Positions 13,461 to 24,302 of a stretch of 39,735 nt of DNA are shown one piece after another. Positions within the stretch are counted from its first letter, which is position 1. Each line of letters opens with the position of its first letter. Origin of the DNA: Neoconidiobolus thromboides FSU 785. Taxonomy: Eukaryota; Fungi; Entomophthoromycota. Both the position numbers and the translations under genes were made by a program. The stretch covers positions 1-39,735 of the forward strand of contig MU626432.1 of assembly GCA_025603075.1 (NCBI GenBank), read 5' to 3'. Below the pieces are notes generated by a model. The model ran no database searches, was not told the origin of the DNA, and worked only from the letters and a program-made list of their open reading frames with translations.

Positions 13461-16455
13461 TCAGTCTTTAGTAATTAAATGGCCCAAGTCTAGACCAGGC
13501 TTATCTGACTTAATATAATCTGCTGAGTATGATTGAGGAGTAGGAAACTTATTGTTATATTCAAGCTTGAGGAGAGTAGCTAATGAATAAATGGCTAAGA
13601 AAAGATTACAATCACCAGCTGGAAGCCCAATAACATTTTGTGTTTTACAATCTACTAATACAAAATGACCCTTGTTTCCACTTAATTCTTTAAGGAAGAA
13701 AGTGGGATCGCTCATTTCTACATATTTAGATTAAAACAATAAAAACAATGAAAATTCCAATTTACCTTCTGGGTGATCTTTGCCATAAAATGCCATATGA
13801 ATTTTAGTAAATAGAAGAGAAGCAAAAGATACTGGAGGAGTTGTCAAATTTAAATTCATTTTTGTAATGAATAGATGCAGTAATAATTCATAATCAGTAA
13901 TCTGGGATTTTGAAGTGGATTTATCATTTAAAATTATATCACTTAATGGGACAACCGATTCGCCATAATTGCCTTTATAATTAGATAAAAAAGGTGAAGT
14001 TGCTAAAACTAATTAAATGAACCAATTCAATAATAATAATAATAATAATAATAATATAATTTACTTCTTAATCTTGAAATCAATTTATCACGCTGTTCGG
14101 GGGTTTTAGCTAAATTTAGATAATGTTCTACTTCGATTCTTTTTGATGCCATCTTGTCAGTACGATATGCTCCAGCCAGATCTATTAAATCATAGTAAAA
14201 TGGACCTTTTGGTCTGATTTCTTTTATCCTAGCCTCTGAAACGTTATTTGTAGTGGCTTTATATTTTTCATCCTCTTTACTATCGCTTGAAATACCGTTG
14301 TTGACTATCTCTTTTCTATCACTCTTCTTACTTTGTGAAGCCTTTTCATACTGCTCATATATTCTTTTTAAATAATGTTCCCTTTTACTCTTATATTTAA
14401 GTGAACTAGCCTTTACGAAATGTGGACGCTTAGCTTTTTTCCCTAATCTTGTGTACGCTTTCTTGATTGGTGAAGCTTTTTTGGCATCACTGGAATTTTT
14501 TGAGCTTGAGTACTCCGGATAATTGGTAAACTTTGGTATAACTATAGATTCATTGCTATCTCTGTTTGAATAATTTGAAGTTTGATTGGATAAAATAATA
14601 TTGTTGTTAGCGCTAAGTCCAGGGAATGAAGGTGTCTGATTAGTGGTCCAATTAGAAATCCCAAATCCAGGAATTGATGTCTGACTAATAGTCCAATTAT
14701 TAGTACCAAATTTAGAAGACATTGATGTCAGATTGGTATCCCAGTTACTAACGTTAGGTCCAGGGAGTGAAGATGTCTGATTAGTGGTCCAATTAGAAGT
14801 TCCAAGCACAGGAGCTGATGCCTGATTAGTAGGCCAGCTGGTTGAGCCAAGCCTAAAAACCCCATTTGGTTGATTTGTAATAGATGGGATACTACTATTG
14901 TTCGAGTTTTTATCTAAAGAATGCACTAACGCAACTTTACTTGGAACATTACATTTTAAATGTGGGCAGTCTCTTTTAATCATTTCGTTATTTACTTCAT
15001 CAATAGTTTCAATTAAAGGATCAATAAGGTATTTGAAGAACCATAATTTAGTGCGTAATACAATAGGATCTATATTTCCATCAAATTCAAATAGCCTACC
15101 ACTTTCAGATGGGAGTATATAAACATAATCAGCATATGGTCCTAAAGCCTTTAAAAAGGTGTTAGAAAGATCTTCTAGTTCATCTGATCCTCTAATTTCG
15201 GGCTGTTTAAACATCGATGCCTTCATTTGTCCTTCTTTAGAGGAAACTTTGCTATATTTGATTAGTTTCGGCTTTATATCAACCAATTTGGGTTCAATTT
15301 GATTGGTGGAGACGGGTTTGTTAACAAAATCTATCAGAAATCAATAAAATTAAATAATATAATTATAGTTATTACTTGTATTGTCATCAGATGCTTTTTT
15401 ATTCCCTAAGCCTGTAAGTGATTGAACATCCAATTTAAAACTATCGCTGTTACTCGTCTTAAATGAAGGGTACTTCATGGATTTTAAAAGGACTTGACCG
15501 TTATTATTGTTCGAGTCTGGAACCTGATTTTTAGATTTAAAAAAATCCTTATAAAATACATTGGAATATGAAGTTTCTGAACTTTGAGAAGGGTAAAATA
15601 CTTTATCTAACAAAGAATTTTTAAAGTAAATATATATAAGGTTAACAATTGCTGGGAATAATTTGTATCCTAAAAATCCTAAACAAACAAAACCTTAAAT
15701 GATAATTAAATGCTATTACAATTATGTAGAATAAATTTACTTGAAATATCATAAAGTGGATATTCCAGTGGAAAAGTAAATCTAAACAATATTAACTAAA
15801 ATAAATAAATCAATATAGCATTACTTCATAAATAAATTTGAGATTATAATTAAGGGGAACGAAATTAGTGCATGTTTTAGCTTGTTAAAATTTTTCAAAA
15901 GATTTTCTTCTAAATCGGTATTCGATTTTATATCTAATTGTTAGTTTAAATTTATAAAATTCATTCAAAATTACCTGTATTGAATGCAACACTTTTGTGT
16001 GATTTTTCATTCCCATCTTTTCCTCTTGCTGAGGTGACGCTATTACTGTCTATTTTGAATTCGGTATCGATCAATTTTTCTGATTTCATTGAACCCTTTT
16101 CTTTTAATTGAATCAAAATGTTTTCATCTAAAGCTGATTTATTATTATTGATATTTGGATTAAATGATTGTAAAAATTCCTCTTTGAAACCTCTTTCTGT
16201 ATGTAGATTCTCTTTCATTTTATCCTTATTTAATTTCACTCCGCCTTTTAAATTCATTCCTTTTCTATTTACCTTGTCTTCTATTTTGATGACATTATTA
16301 GTTCCATTAAAAGAATGAGGCTCATCAATTATTAAATTTGATCTAATGTATTCAGGCTCTCTATTATAATGCCTTAGCCTAAAGAACTGTTCTTTTATTA
16401 CACTTTCTCCTTCCGCATCTCTTTTTTCCCATCTTCGTGCAGTTTCTTCAAACAT
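13461..16455 (-). CDS. TMEM209/Pom34-like nuclear-envelope membrane protein; a single multi-exon gene uniting ORFs 15961, 15350, 14027 and 13461
   Basis: In-frame short GT..AG introns link all the fragments. There are two N-proximal hydrophobic segments (LISFPLIIISNLF; FVCLGFLGYKLFPAIVNLIYIYF). Segments resemble TMEM209 as recalled: RTKLWFFKYLIDPLIETIDEVNNEM, ITDYELLLHLFITKM, HFVLV..LPAGDCNLFLAIYSLATLLK. Confidence 0.7.
14031..14057. repeat. (TAA)n microsatellite inside an intron of the TMEM209-like gene
   Basis: About 8 TAA units. They produce the artefactual poly-Tyr end of ORF 14027..15286; the splice donor AGA A|GTAAAT lies just before them. Confidence 0.9.
14616..14845 (-). repeat. Coding minisatellite of five 45-48 nt units encoding (S/N)W(T)TNQTS-type repeats
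   Basis: The G(A/G)TG(T/C)C(T/A)GA core occurs at 14631, 14676, 14724, 14772 and 14817 (spacing 45/48/48/45). The units at 14631 and 14772 are near-identical. Confidence 0.85.
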
Positions 16456-16579
16456 TTTGAAAAAGTATCATTTAGGTTCTGTTGGATTGCTATTTAAATC
16501 ATTCAAGCCAATCATTTAAATTTATTCGAAGTCCTTAAAACTCAATTTTCATTGAGTTTGATTTTATTATCTTAATAAA
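16456..16579. promoter_or_regulatory. Compact bidirectional promoter between the TMEM209-like gene and GIM4, with a CCAAT box
   Basis: Head-to-head ATGs 124 bp apart; CCAATCA at 16508-16514. The same motif lies upstream of MRH4 (2784-2790) and the CLASP-like gene (TGATTGG 5346-5352). Confidence 0.5.
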
Positions 16580-17026
16580 ATGGCAGCATTACCAAAGTTA
16601 ACCGAAAAAGAAATAGTTGTTAAGTTTAATCAACTAAAACAAGAAATCAGCACCATTACTTCAAGAATTGGAGAATTGGAGTCAGAGATAGAAGAACACA
16701 AGTAACTTTACTCATTTTTATTTTATTTTAAATTTACAATTTCAGATTAGTTATTGAAACAATGGAGCCATTAAGTGGAGATAGAAAGTGCTTTAGGTTG
16801 ATTGGAGGTGTATTAGTAGAACGTACAGTTAAAGAAATTTTACCAACTTTAAAAGCAAATCATGATGGCGTAATTTCATTTAATTTTGTTTTTAGTATAA
16901 ATAAACTAATCTATTTAGATTGCAAAATTAATAGAATCCTTAGTTAAAAATTATAAAGCTAAAGATGAAGAATTCAAAAAATTTCAACAAGACTATAAAG
17001 TTAGAATAGCCCCTGCTCAATCCTGA
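16580..17026 (+). CDS. GIM4: Prefoldin subunit 2 (Gim4/PFDN2), 3 exons
   Basis: MAALPKLTEKEIVVKFNQLKQEISTITSRIGELESEIEEH|KLVIETMEPLSGDRKCFRLIGGVLVERTVKEILPTL..|IAKLIESL..FQQDYKVRI. Confidence 0.95.
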
Positions 17027-17565
17027 TTTTTTTAATTAAAGCCTTTATAGCTATTTGTATTATTATTTCTTTAATTTAGAGTCCCATATTTACTATCCTT
17101 ATCCAATATTTATAAGCTTTAGTATATCGCACCAGTTGGATTAATATAATAACCATATAAACACTATGTTGAAATTTATTATTAGTTAATATTTATCCAA
17201 ATGTAAGTTTTAACCCTAAGAGTAGCATTTTAAGATAAAGTAAGGCTTACTATGGAATTGACCTATATATCAATACTTTAAAGTAGTAATAAAATAAATG
17301 CATTTCATACGTACTATAATACCTTTTATAATATCTTTTATACATTTTTAAGTAAATCAAGGTTAACATTTACTAGATTAAATAATTTTTTAAATCACTT
17401 TTACTAAAGATCGTGTTAAAAGGTTACTTATCAAAAAAGATATATTGAGCAACAAAATAACTTATATGAATATACCATATTTTATTCCACCAAAGTAAAT
17501 TCATATAACATTAGCAATGTTCATATTCAAAAATCATCAAATACGACTTTAAATCTTAGTTTATA

Positions 17566-17664
17566 TGGAGATGTTTTTTGTTTTCATCACTTTTTCCATT
17601 TTTTAAGCGCTATTTGAACAGAACTTTTGTTAGTAAAATTCTTAAACAAAAAAATATATATTCA
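17566..17664 (-). mobile_element. MITE copy A (~100 bp, TA-flanked)
   Basis: TA|TGGAGATGTTTTTTG...AAGCGCTATTTGA...CAAAAAAATATATATTCA|TA, homologous to the other copies. Confidence 0.8.
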
Positions 17665-18686
17665 TATATTAAAATTATGAAATATAAAATTATGGTTCTG
17701 ATAAAGTTTCAAGAAAATAGTAAGGGGGAAGGTATCTGATAAATAAGGTTTAATTTTTAAATGCAAATTTATCTTAGAGTAACTGTTCAGAAGTAGCTAT
17801 TTTAATAACCGTAAGACAGTTTCGTAGTATAAAAAACATAATAAAAAACATATAATAAATGTTCTAAACAATATAAATAACATCAAAAACTTTTTATAAT
17901 AATTACATAATAAAACATTAACTTCAAGTTATTTTCACGTTACTATCAATCTGGAATTATTACAACTTTGATCGAGTTAATATATTAATTTGTGTCAATT
18001 GGCAAAATATTAGTTGAATTTGGTATTTCATTTTTCATCCACCTGATACAAAATGCCAATACAAGCTAATAAATTCGAAGTTCCAATACTCCTTTTCCAT
18101 TCCAAAAACAGTGGATTTGAAGTTTAAAGTTATTTCATTTTTTATCAATTGAATTTGATGCAAATTACTAGCAAATAAATGTGGGGCTTACAGCTTTGCA
18201 CCTTTAAATTAATTTATCGTTGTAATGTAAAAATTTTGTGAATAATACAAAATGATTTTATATTAAATTATAAAGATATTAATAAATTAAACTATAGCTC
18301 TAATTATAAAAATCTCCTTTTATTTAATAAAATTTAAAAATAGATATTAATATTCGGAAATCAACATGATATTATGCACCATTGCAATAAAAGAAAGTAA
18401 GTTCTATTTTTAGCTGTTATTATGTAGGATTGATCACATTTAATAAATCCAATTTCCTAGTGACAACCTAAAACCAAATCGATTGGTCTATCCAGAATCG
18501 AAAATTACTTAATATAGGAAAAACAAAATAAAAATTCAAATATTAGTGATTACCAGGATCAAATGATTTAGCAACCTCTATTTGTTCCACAAATTTAAAA
18601 AGATATATAAATACTCTTAAATCCTAATCTTTAATTTTTTTACGAAAATACAATTTACAGGCAGTGCCAGTTTAAGCTAACTAAAA

Positions 18687-18962
18687 ATGATTGAAATAAT
18701 GGGATATAAATACAGAGCAAAGAAGCTATTCAAAGCTTATTACTTTGGGAAACCAGTGTTTATTGAAAAAGTAGTACCTGAAAGCATGCGTAGTAAAATT
18801 CATAATACAGATTTTGATTTAATGTTAAAAGATGAACAGAATTTTAATACCATCAAGTTGAGTTTAACCCCTTCATTAAACTCAGACAAAAGAACAGGAC
18901 ATCGTAGATCAAGCTTTGTGGTCAATAATCAATCATTACAAGATTTGAAAGGTTGTAATTAA
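18687..18962 (+). CDS. Hypothetical 91-aa ORF, possibly the 3' remnant or last exon of a larger gene
   Basis: Open frame with protein-like composition and higher GC than the flanks; A-rich start context (CTAAAAATG). No family recognised with confidence. Confidence 0.35.
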   Translation: MIEIMGYKYRAKKLFKAYYFGKPVFIEKVVPESMRSKIHNTDFDLMLKDEQNFNTIKLSLTPSLNSDKRTGHRRSSFVVNNQSLQDLKGCN

Positions 18963-19738
18963 GAGCTGTAGTTTATTGAATTAACAGAGTTATAAGAATT
19001 AATATTTAAATTAGAATATTGAGTACTATAGTTTAGATTATGATTATAATGGAATTAATTAATTAATAAACTTAATATTATAATAATATCTTCATTGAAT
19101 CAATATATTATTTATTTTATCCAACTATTCCTTCCCCTCTCCTTAATATCGTCTCCTCCGTTATCTACCCTGTTTTATACCTCATAAAGCGATAATAGAT
19201 TTCATATCTTGTAATTAAATCTTAATAAAAACATAATTCTTTAAACATTATTTTAAATTTTGACTATTTTAGTTAGCTTTAAAGAAAACTATTAAATCAT
19301 ATTAGATAATATTAAATAAGGGGTGGATAACATAAATAAATGGTAATATTAAAATCGAAGAATAAATATTAATATCAGAATAAAGTTTATTTTAAGTGAT
19401 ATTTTAATTTTGATTTATAAAAAGCGGAGACAATGCTGTAGTTTAATTTAGATTATTCTTCAATCGAATGTTTGTAAATTAGTAGCTGTACTTTCTAATA
19501 TTATACTTTGTACTAATAATTTATTTAATTTAGTTTATTATAACTGTGTTCTTTAGTTATAGTGGTAATATCACTTCAAATAGATTCAAAAAAAATATAC
19601 ATGTAGGCAACATAAGTTAATAAAACATCATAAGATATGCTACAATAATGGCTTTATATTTGATAAATAATAAATAAGCGAAATAAGCTATAAATGACAT
19701 GGACCGAAATAAAAACTAAAAGCATAGCTAGTTAGATA

Positions 19739-20954
19739 TTAAATTTTACCCCTAAAATTAAGATTGGAATCTATACTAGAGATACCATCAAACTGAGACT
19801 CTTTTCTTATATTAGATAAATAAATATCATCCTCTTGAGAAGAAGTAAAGTGTTGATCATCAAGTTTATTGAATGTACTTTTATTTCCTAGATGGTTACT
19901 ATCATTGTGAAGGTTGATAGGTTCTGGTATTACTTCTTTAGCTTGGTTTTTATCCTTACTATCGCTCAAATTCATAGCCCATTTAAATAGCAGTGTTACT
20001 GCTACCATTGATATCAATACCAAACACCTATTAACCAGTTAAAACAATATATAATAAAAATAATATATTGACTTACCAAAAGAATCCAAGAATATCACTT
20101 ATACAACCCATAGCAGGCACCCCAGGTTGAGAGTTTCTTAACGCAGGCAAAGCAAACAGCATAGAAACGCTAGTGCCCAAAATAGGTGGTGGGATTTCTC
20201 TATTATTAAATACTGCGTCAACAGCAATATTAATCATAGCAATAGCTAAGCACCACATCAAAACAACCATAAAAGAGCAAACTAACAAAGTGGTAGGGGG
20301 CCGTACAGCTCTTACAGCAACAATTTTTGACTCATCCAAAGTGGTATAGGTAGAAAAATAATCATTTGTTTTTTCATCTTCTGGTAAGTCATAGAAACGA
20401 ATACGAAATAATTGTGAAGTGCCATAAAAGGTGACGCTTGTAGGGACTAAAATTGGATCCCCGGATTTTGAGATGGATTTATTTTTGGTTGTTATTTCCA
20501 ATGGAAAATACGCGATGAATTCTTCTAATGGATAGTCTCTTAAGTTACCAAAGGTGAAAGGTACTGTTAATTGGAAAGGCTCAATGGAGTTTCCCCTTGG
20601 TACAGATCTACGTTTGAATCGGAAGTTGATATCAATATCATATTTGATTGTTTTATTTTCATAACTTAGGTCTCCTATTGGATCAAGTTGTATAAACAAA
20701 TCTACTTTTTTATTTAAAGGATCTACATTCATTAAATCTACTTGTATGTTTAGACTACCTCCAATTAATTCACTTTGTGTTGCTATTTGCTTATATGATC
20801 TTCCATTTGAGCCCTCGTTTGAATAAGCTACAAAGATTGGTAATACTATTACACACCATAATATAGCTCCAATAAAAAATTTAAATAGCCGTCTTCTTAC
20901 TTTATGTAGAAATACCCAATTATAGCACCTAGTTAAGGTCTTATTTTTTAACAT
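19739..20954 (-). CDS. DUF4436-family multi-pass membrane protein, paralog 1, 2 exons
   Basis: N-terminal TM, a soluble domain (PFQLTVPFTFGNLRDYPLE), then TMs with FALPALRNSQPGVPAMGCISDILGFFW. An intron after GFFW joins ORF 19739..20023 (CLVLISMVAVTLLFKWAMN..). Confidence 0.8.
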
Positions 20955-22061
20955 CTTTTTAAAGAAAATGAGCTGTGGTTAAAATTACAATAAAGATTAA
21001 TAAAAAGTAATCTACCATTTAGTTTCCTCTTTGTTTTAAACTTCAGTTATATGATGTTTTACATTTGTCAGTTCATCAGTTTGAGCTTTTATTTTTCGTT
21101 ATTCTTCTGCTAATTTTATCACCTAATAACTTTACAAATTATGATAAATTATTGGCTAAAAGTAGAAATGAGGTTGTCTTTTTTGCTTAAGGAATTCGTT
21201 AGCATTTTTTCCTCTTAATAGCACTTAAAAAGGGAATAAATAATGAAACCAAAAAACACTATCAAGTTTATTTTGTGCAATAGTACTATTTTAAGCATAG
21301 TACTAAAATGAACTAAAATTTGCCATAATAATCAAATTAGTGAATTAAAAAAAGAATACAGAAATGAACCTGACACAACTATTTTCCAAGGATATATTAT
21401 TTATAGCTTCAGAACTTTAAGTGTGTGTAAAATTTACAATAAAAGATTTATTTTTACATTTGTTGTTATATTTGAGTTAGGATTAAGTTCAAATATTAAC
21501 TATCAAAATCTTATTACTGTTTTTATTTTGTATCTTTCCTGGATTATTTTTATCCAATGACTTAAATATGAATTAACAGAAAGCGTGTAATTCAATATCA
21601 ACCCTATGGTTTCTTCGAACCTTGTTTTGAAAGTATTAAATTAGACGTTATCCCCCTTATTTATACTACTTTTAGTCTGAGCTGTTTACCATTTTATTCA
21701 CTTGATATACTCTCTCCTACCAATAAAAGTCAATAGATACATTATGAAGTTAAAAGGAGCTTTACAATATAGTAAAACTGAAGTTAACATTAAAAGTTAC
21801 TAGATTTATACATTAAAATCGTTGGTTATTTTGCTATCCTTTCAAATGTACTCATATCTTTGGTGTAAAGGGTGGCTCTGGAAAAAAGAAATTTCTAAAA
21901 TTTGGAGAACATTTTCTATCATACTTTCAAATTTGTCCGTAATTTTAAAATGCTTAAGGAATGTTAAATGATATAAGGATAAGTTTAAATGGATCAATAA
22001 TATAAATATTGTTATTAAGCCAAAATATAAAGGAATTCAACTGGACTTGACATAATAAAAA

Positions 22062-23050
22062 ATGATGCCAATAAAAGCAAACATAACCAGGTTACATAGC
22101 TGGATATTTTCCAGTAATCTTAGGAGAAGAGTCTTTAAAATATTTATAGGGATGACACTATTCTGTATCATAGTGATACCAATTTTTATAGGATATGTCA
22201 ATGAAGGAGATAAATCCAGGGTCCTGAATAATATTAAAAACTATACGGATTCAAATACAGAGGATTATATTGATTTACAGATTGACTTGGTTACTGCAGA
22301 TCCAGTCAATAAAAAAGTAGATTTATTTGTACAGTTAGACCCTATAGGAGGATATAGTTTTAAAAATAAGACGTCAAGGTATGATATTGATATCAATTTT
22401 CGATTCATACGTAAGTCTATTTTAAAGGGTGAGTTTATAGAACCCTTTCAACTAAGCTTACCCTTTGCGGAGGGAAGCTTAAGGGATTATCCTTTTGAAT
22501 TATTTTTGGTTTATTTTCCAATTGAAATCATTATCAGAAGCTCAAGCTTGAGCTCTAATGAAATAGACTTATTAGCTGCTAACACTAACATTAATTTCTA
22601 TGGTACTTCTCAGCTATTTCGTGTACGCTATGAAGAGGTATCTAACCAAGATAAAAGCAATGCCTTCTATTCTTCAGTCACTATCTTACCAAATTCAAAA
22701 TTAATTATGGTAAAATTATTGCGTCCTCCTACTACACTATTGGTTTGTACCTTTATGGTTGTTTTGATGTGGTGCTTAGCTATTGCTATGATTAATATTG
22801 CTATTGATGCTGTGTTCAATAACAGAGAAATTCCTCCTCCAATTTTAGGTACAAGCGTTGCTATGTTGTTTGCTTTGCCTGCGTTAAGAAACTCTCAACC
22901 TGGGGTGCCTGCTATGGGTTGTATAAGTGATATTCTTGGATTCTTTTGGTAAATCAATATATTATTTTTGTAGAATATTAGATATTAGCGTTAATTAATA
23001 GGAGTTTAGTTTTAATATCAATAGCAGCAGTAACATTATTGTTTAAATGA
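22062..23050 (+). CDS. DUF4436-family multi-pass membrane protein, paralog 2, 2 exons; TGA at 23048-23050, frame stays open to TAA 23252-23254
   Basis: Collinear with paralog 1, with the same intron position (GFFW|). Exon 2 reads SLVLISIAAVTLLFK* where paralog 1 has ..TLLFKW. Confidence 0.8.
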
Positions 23051-23359
23051 CTTCTTAACAGAGACAAGGAAATAACTGGTAAAGTACCAGGTTCAACTAA
23101 TTCAAACGATAATCAAGTTGAAAAACGAAGTAATTTTAGTTCTACCAATCTATCAGATGAAATGCAAATTACATACAATAGTAAGGTACAGGCCTCATTG
23201 AGCGAGTATGAATTAAATTCCAAAGTTCAAATAAACAGGGGCTTAGCCCAATAAATCAAGTTAATATTTGTAATAATAGATCATTTCTAAAACTTTAAAA
23301 TTTATTATTTTAACTATTTTACTATTCTATAACTTAAAAACCGTACTATTCGCTGTTGC

Positions 23360-24139
23360 TCAATCCTTATTCTTTTTCCACAAAGTCCATAAACCTGAAG
23401 CAACTGGATTATTCTCTAGCTTTCCTTTTTCAATAAAGAAAGTTTTAGCTCCTCCAAAAACAATCTTACCATCTTTTTCTGCAAGGATAGTTCTTTTAGC
23501 TTTAAGATTAGCTGGAGATAACCAATGGTTAAATACTTCACAATCTCCTAATTGAACTAAAGTACTAACTTCTTGCCCGTAAAGCCCCATTGTATTTAAC
23601 TTCATCACCGATTCTTTTGTTATGCTCCTTTGATTTTTACTCCCTGATTGGCGTAGTTGTGCTAAATTCACATAACTCTTAGTTTGGGAGTAGGTATAGT
23701 AACTTGGTAATATACCGCAAATAGTGACTAAAAGCAATAGTATTAGATCAAAAAAAGAGCTTTACTACATTTAAAATAAGTACCGAAAGCTGAGCCTAAG
23801 ATGGGGGCTTTACCATAAAAATAAATAGAAGGTGCGGCAAACAGAGCTACTAAAAACAATGAATTTCCGATATATTTGAACCCTTTCATGGTGTTATTTA
23901 TTGGGCCTTCATAAATTGTTTCATAGAAATACTTTGATTTCGGTTTTTTTAGATCAAATTTTGTTTCTTTTTGTGAACTTGGTGCATCTTGTTGTGATTG
24001 TAATGCACTCTTTGTTGTGTAAAAATTGTGGGTTGGGACTATAAATAGGGCCCTATTATTTTAAAAAAATACATTAAATTGTTGTCTTATTTGTCTTATG
24101 GTGATTTTAATACCTTTTGTAAGTCAATAAAGAACTCAT
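23360..24139 (-). CDS. TMEM70/TMEM186/TMEM223-family mitochondrial inner-membrane protein, 3 exons
   Basis: MSSLLTYKR|ALFIVPTHNFYTTK.. resembles a presequence. TIYEGPINNTMKGFK, two TM segments and TKSYVN follow. A 56-nt intron (23728-23783) restores the frame into ORF 23360..23737. Confidence 0.65.
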
Positions 24140-24302
24140 TCTATTTATTTTTAATCTTAACATTTTTAAAAATGATAATAATTTTGCCTAATACTCAATA
24201 AAATAAATACCATTATTTAACACTGAATCATTCTCAATTTTATTGGCCATTCAAAACTTCAAAAAACAAAAACAAAAAGTAAAAATTATCTTTCTTTCTA
24301 TA
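24140..24302. promoter_or_regulatory. Compact bidirectional promoter between the TMEM70-like gene and the hypothetical gene
   Basis: Head-to-head ATGs (24139 and 24303) are 163 bp apart; ATTGG at ~24243. Confidence 0.4.

Noticed and set aside
14616-14845. CRISPR-like periodic repeats
   Set aside because: The units are multiples of 3 nt, in frame within a eukaryotic exon, and degenerate. There are no unique spacers and no cas genes.
14898-16318. Plus-strand ORFs 14898..15122 and 16118..16318
   Set aside because: Antisense to TMEM209-like exons.
19314-21662. Similar motif GTTATC(CA)CCCCTTATTT at 19314-19331 (minus) and 21647-21662 (plus)
   Set aside because: Only ~16-18 bp, with non-equivalent positions relative to the two DUF4436 genes; cannot be distinguished from chance.
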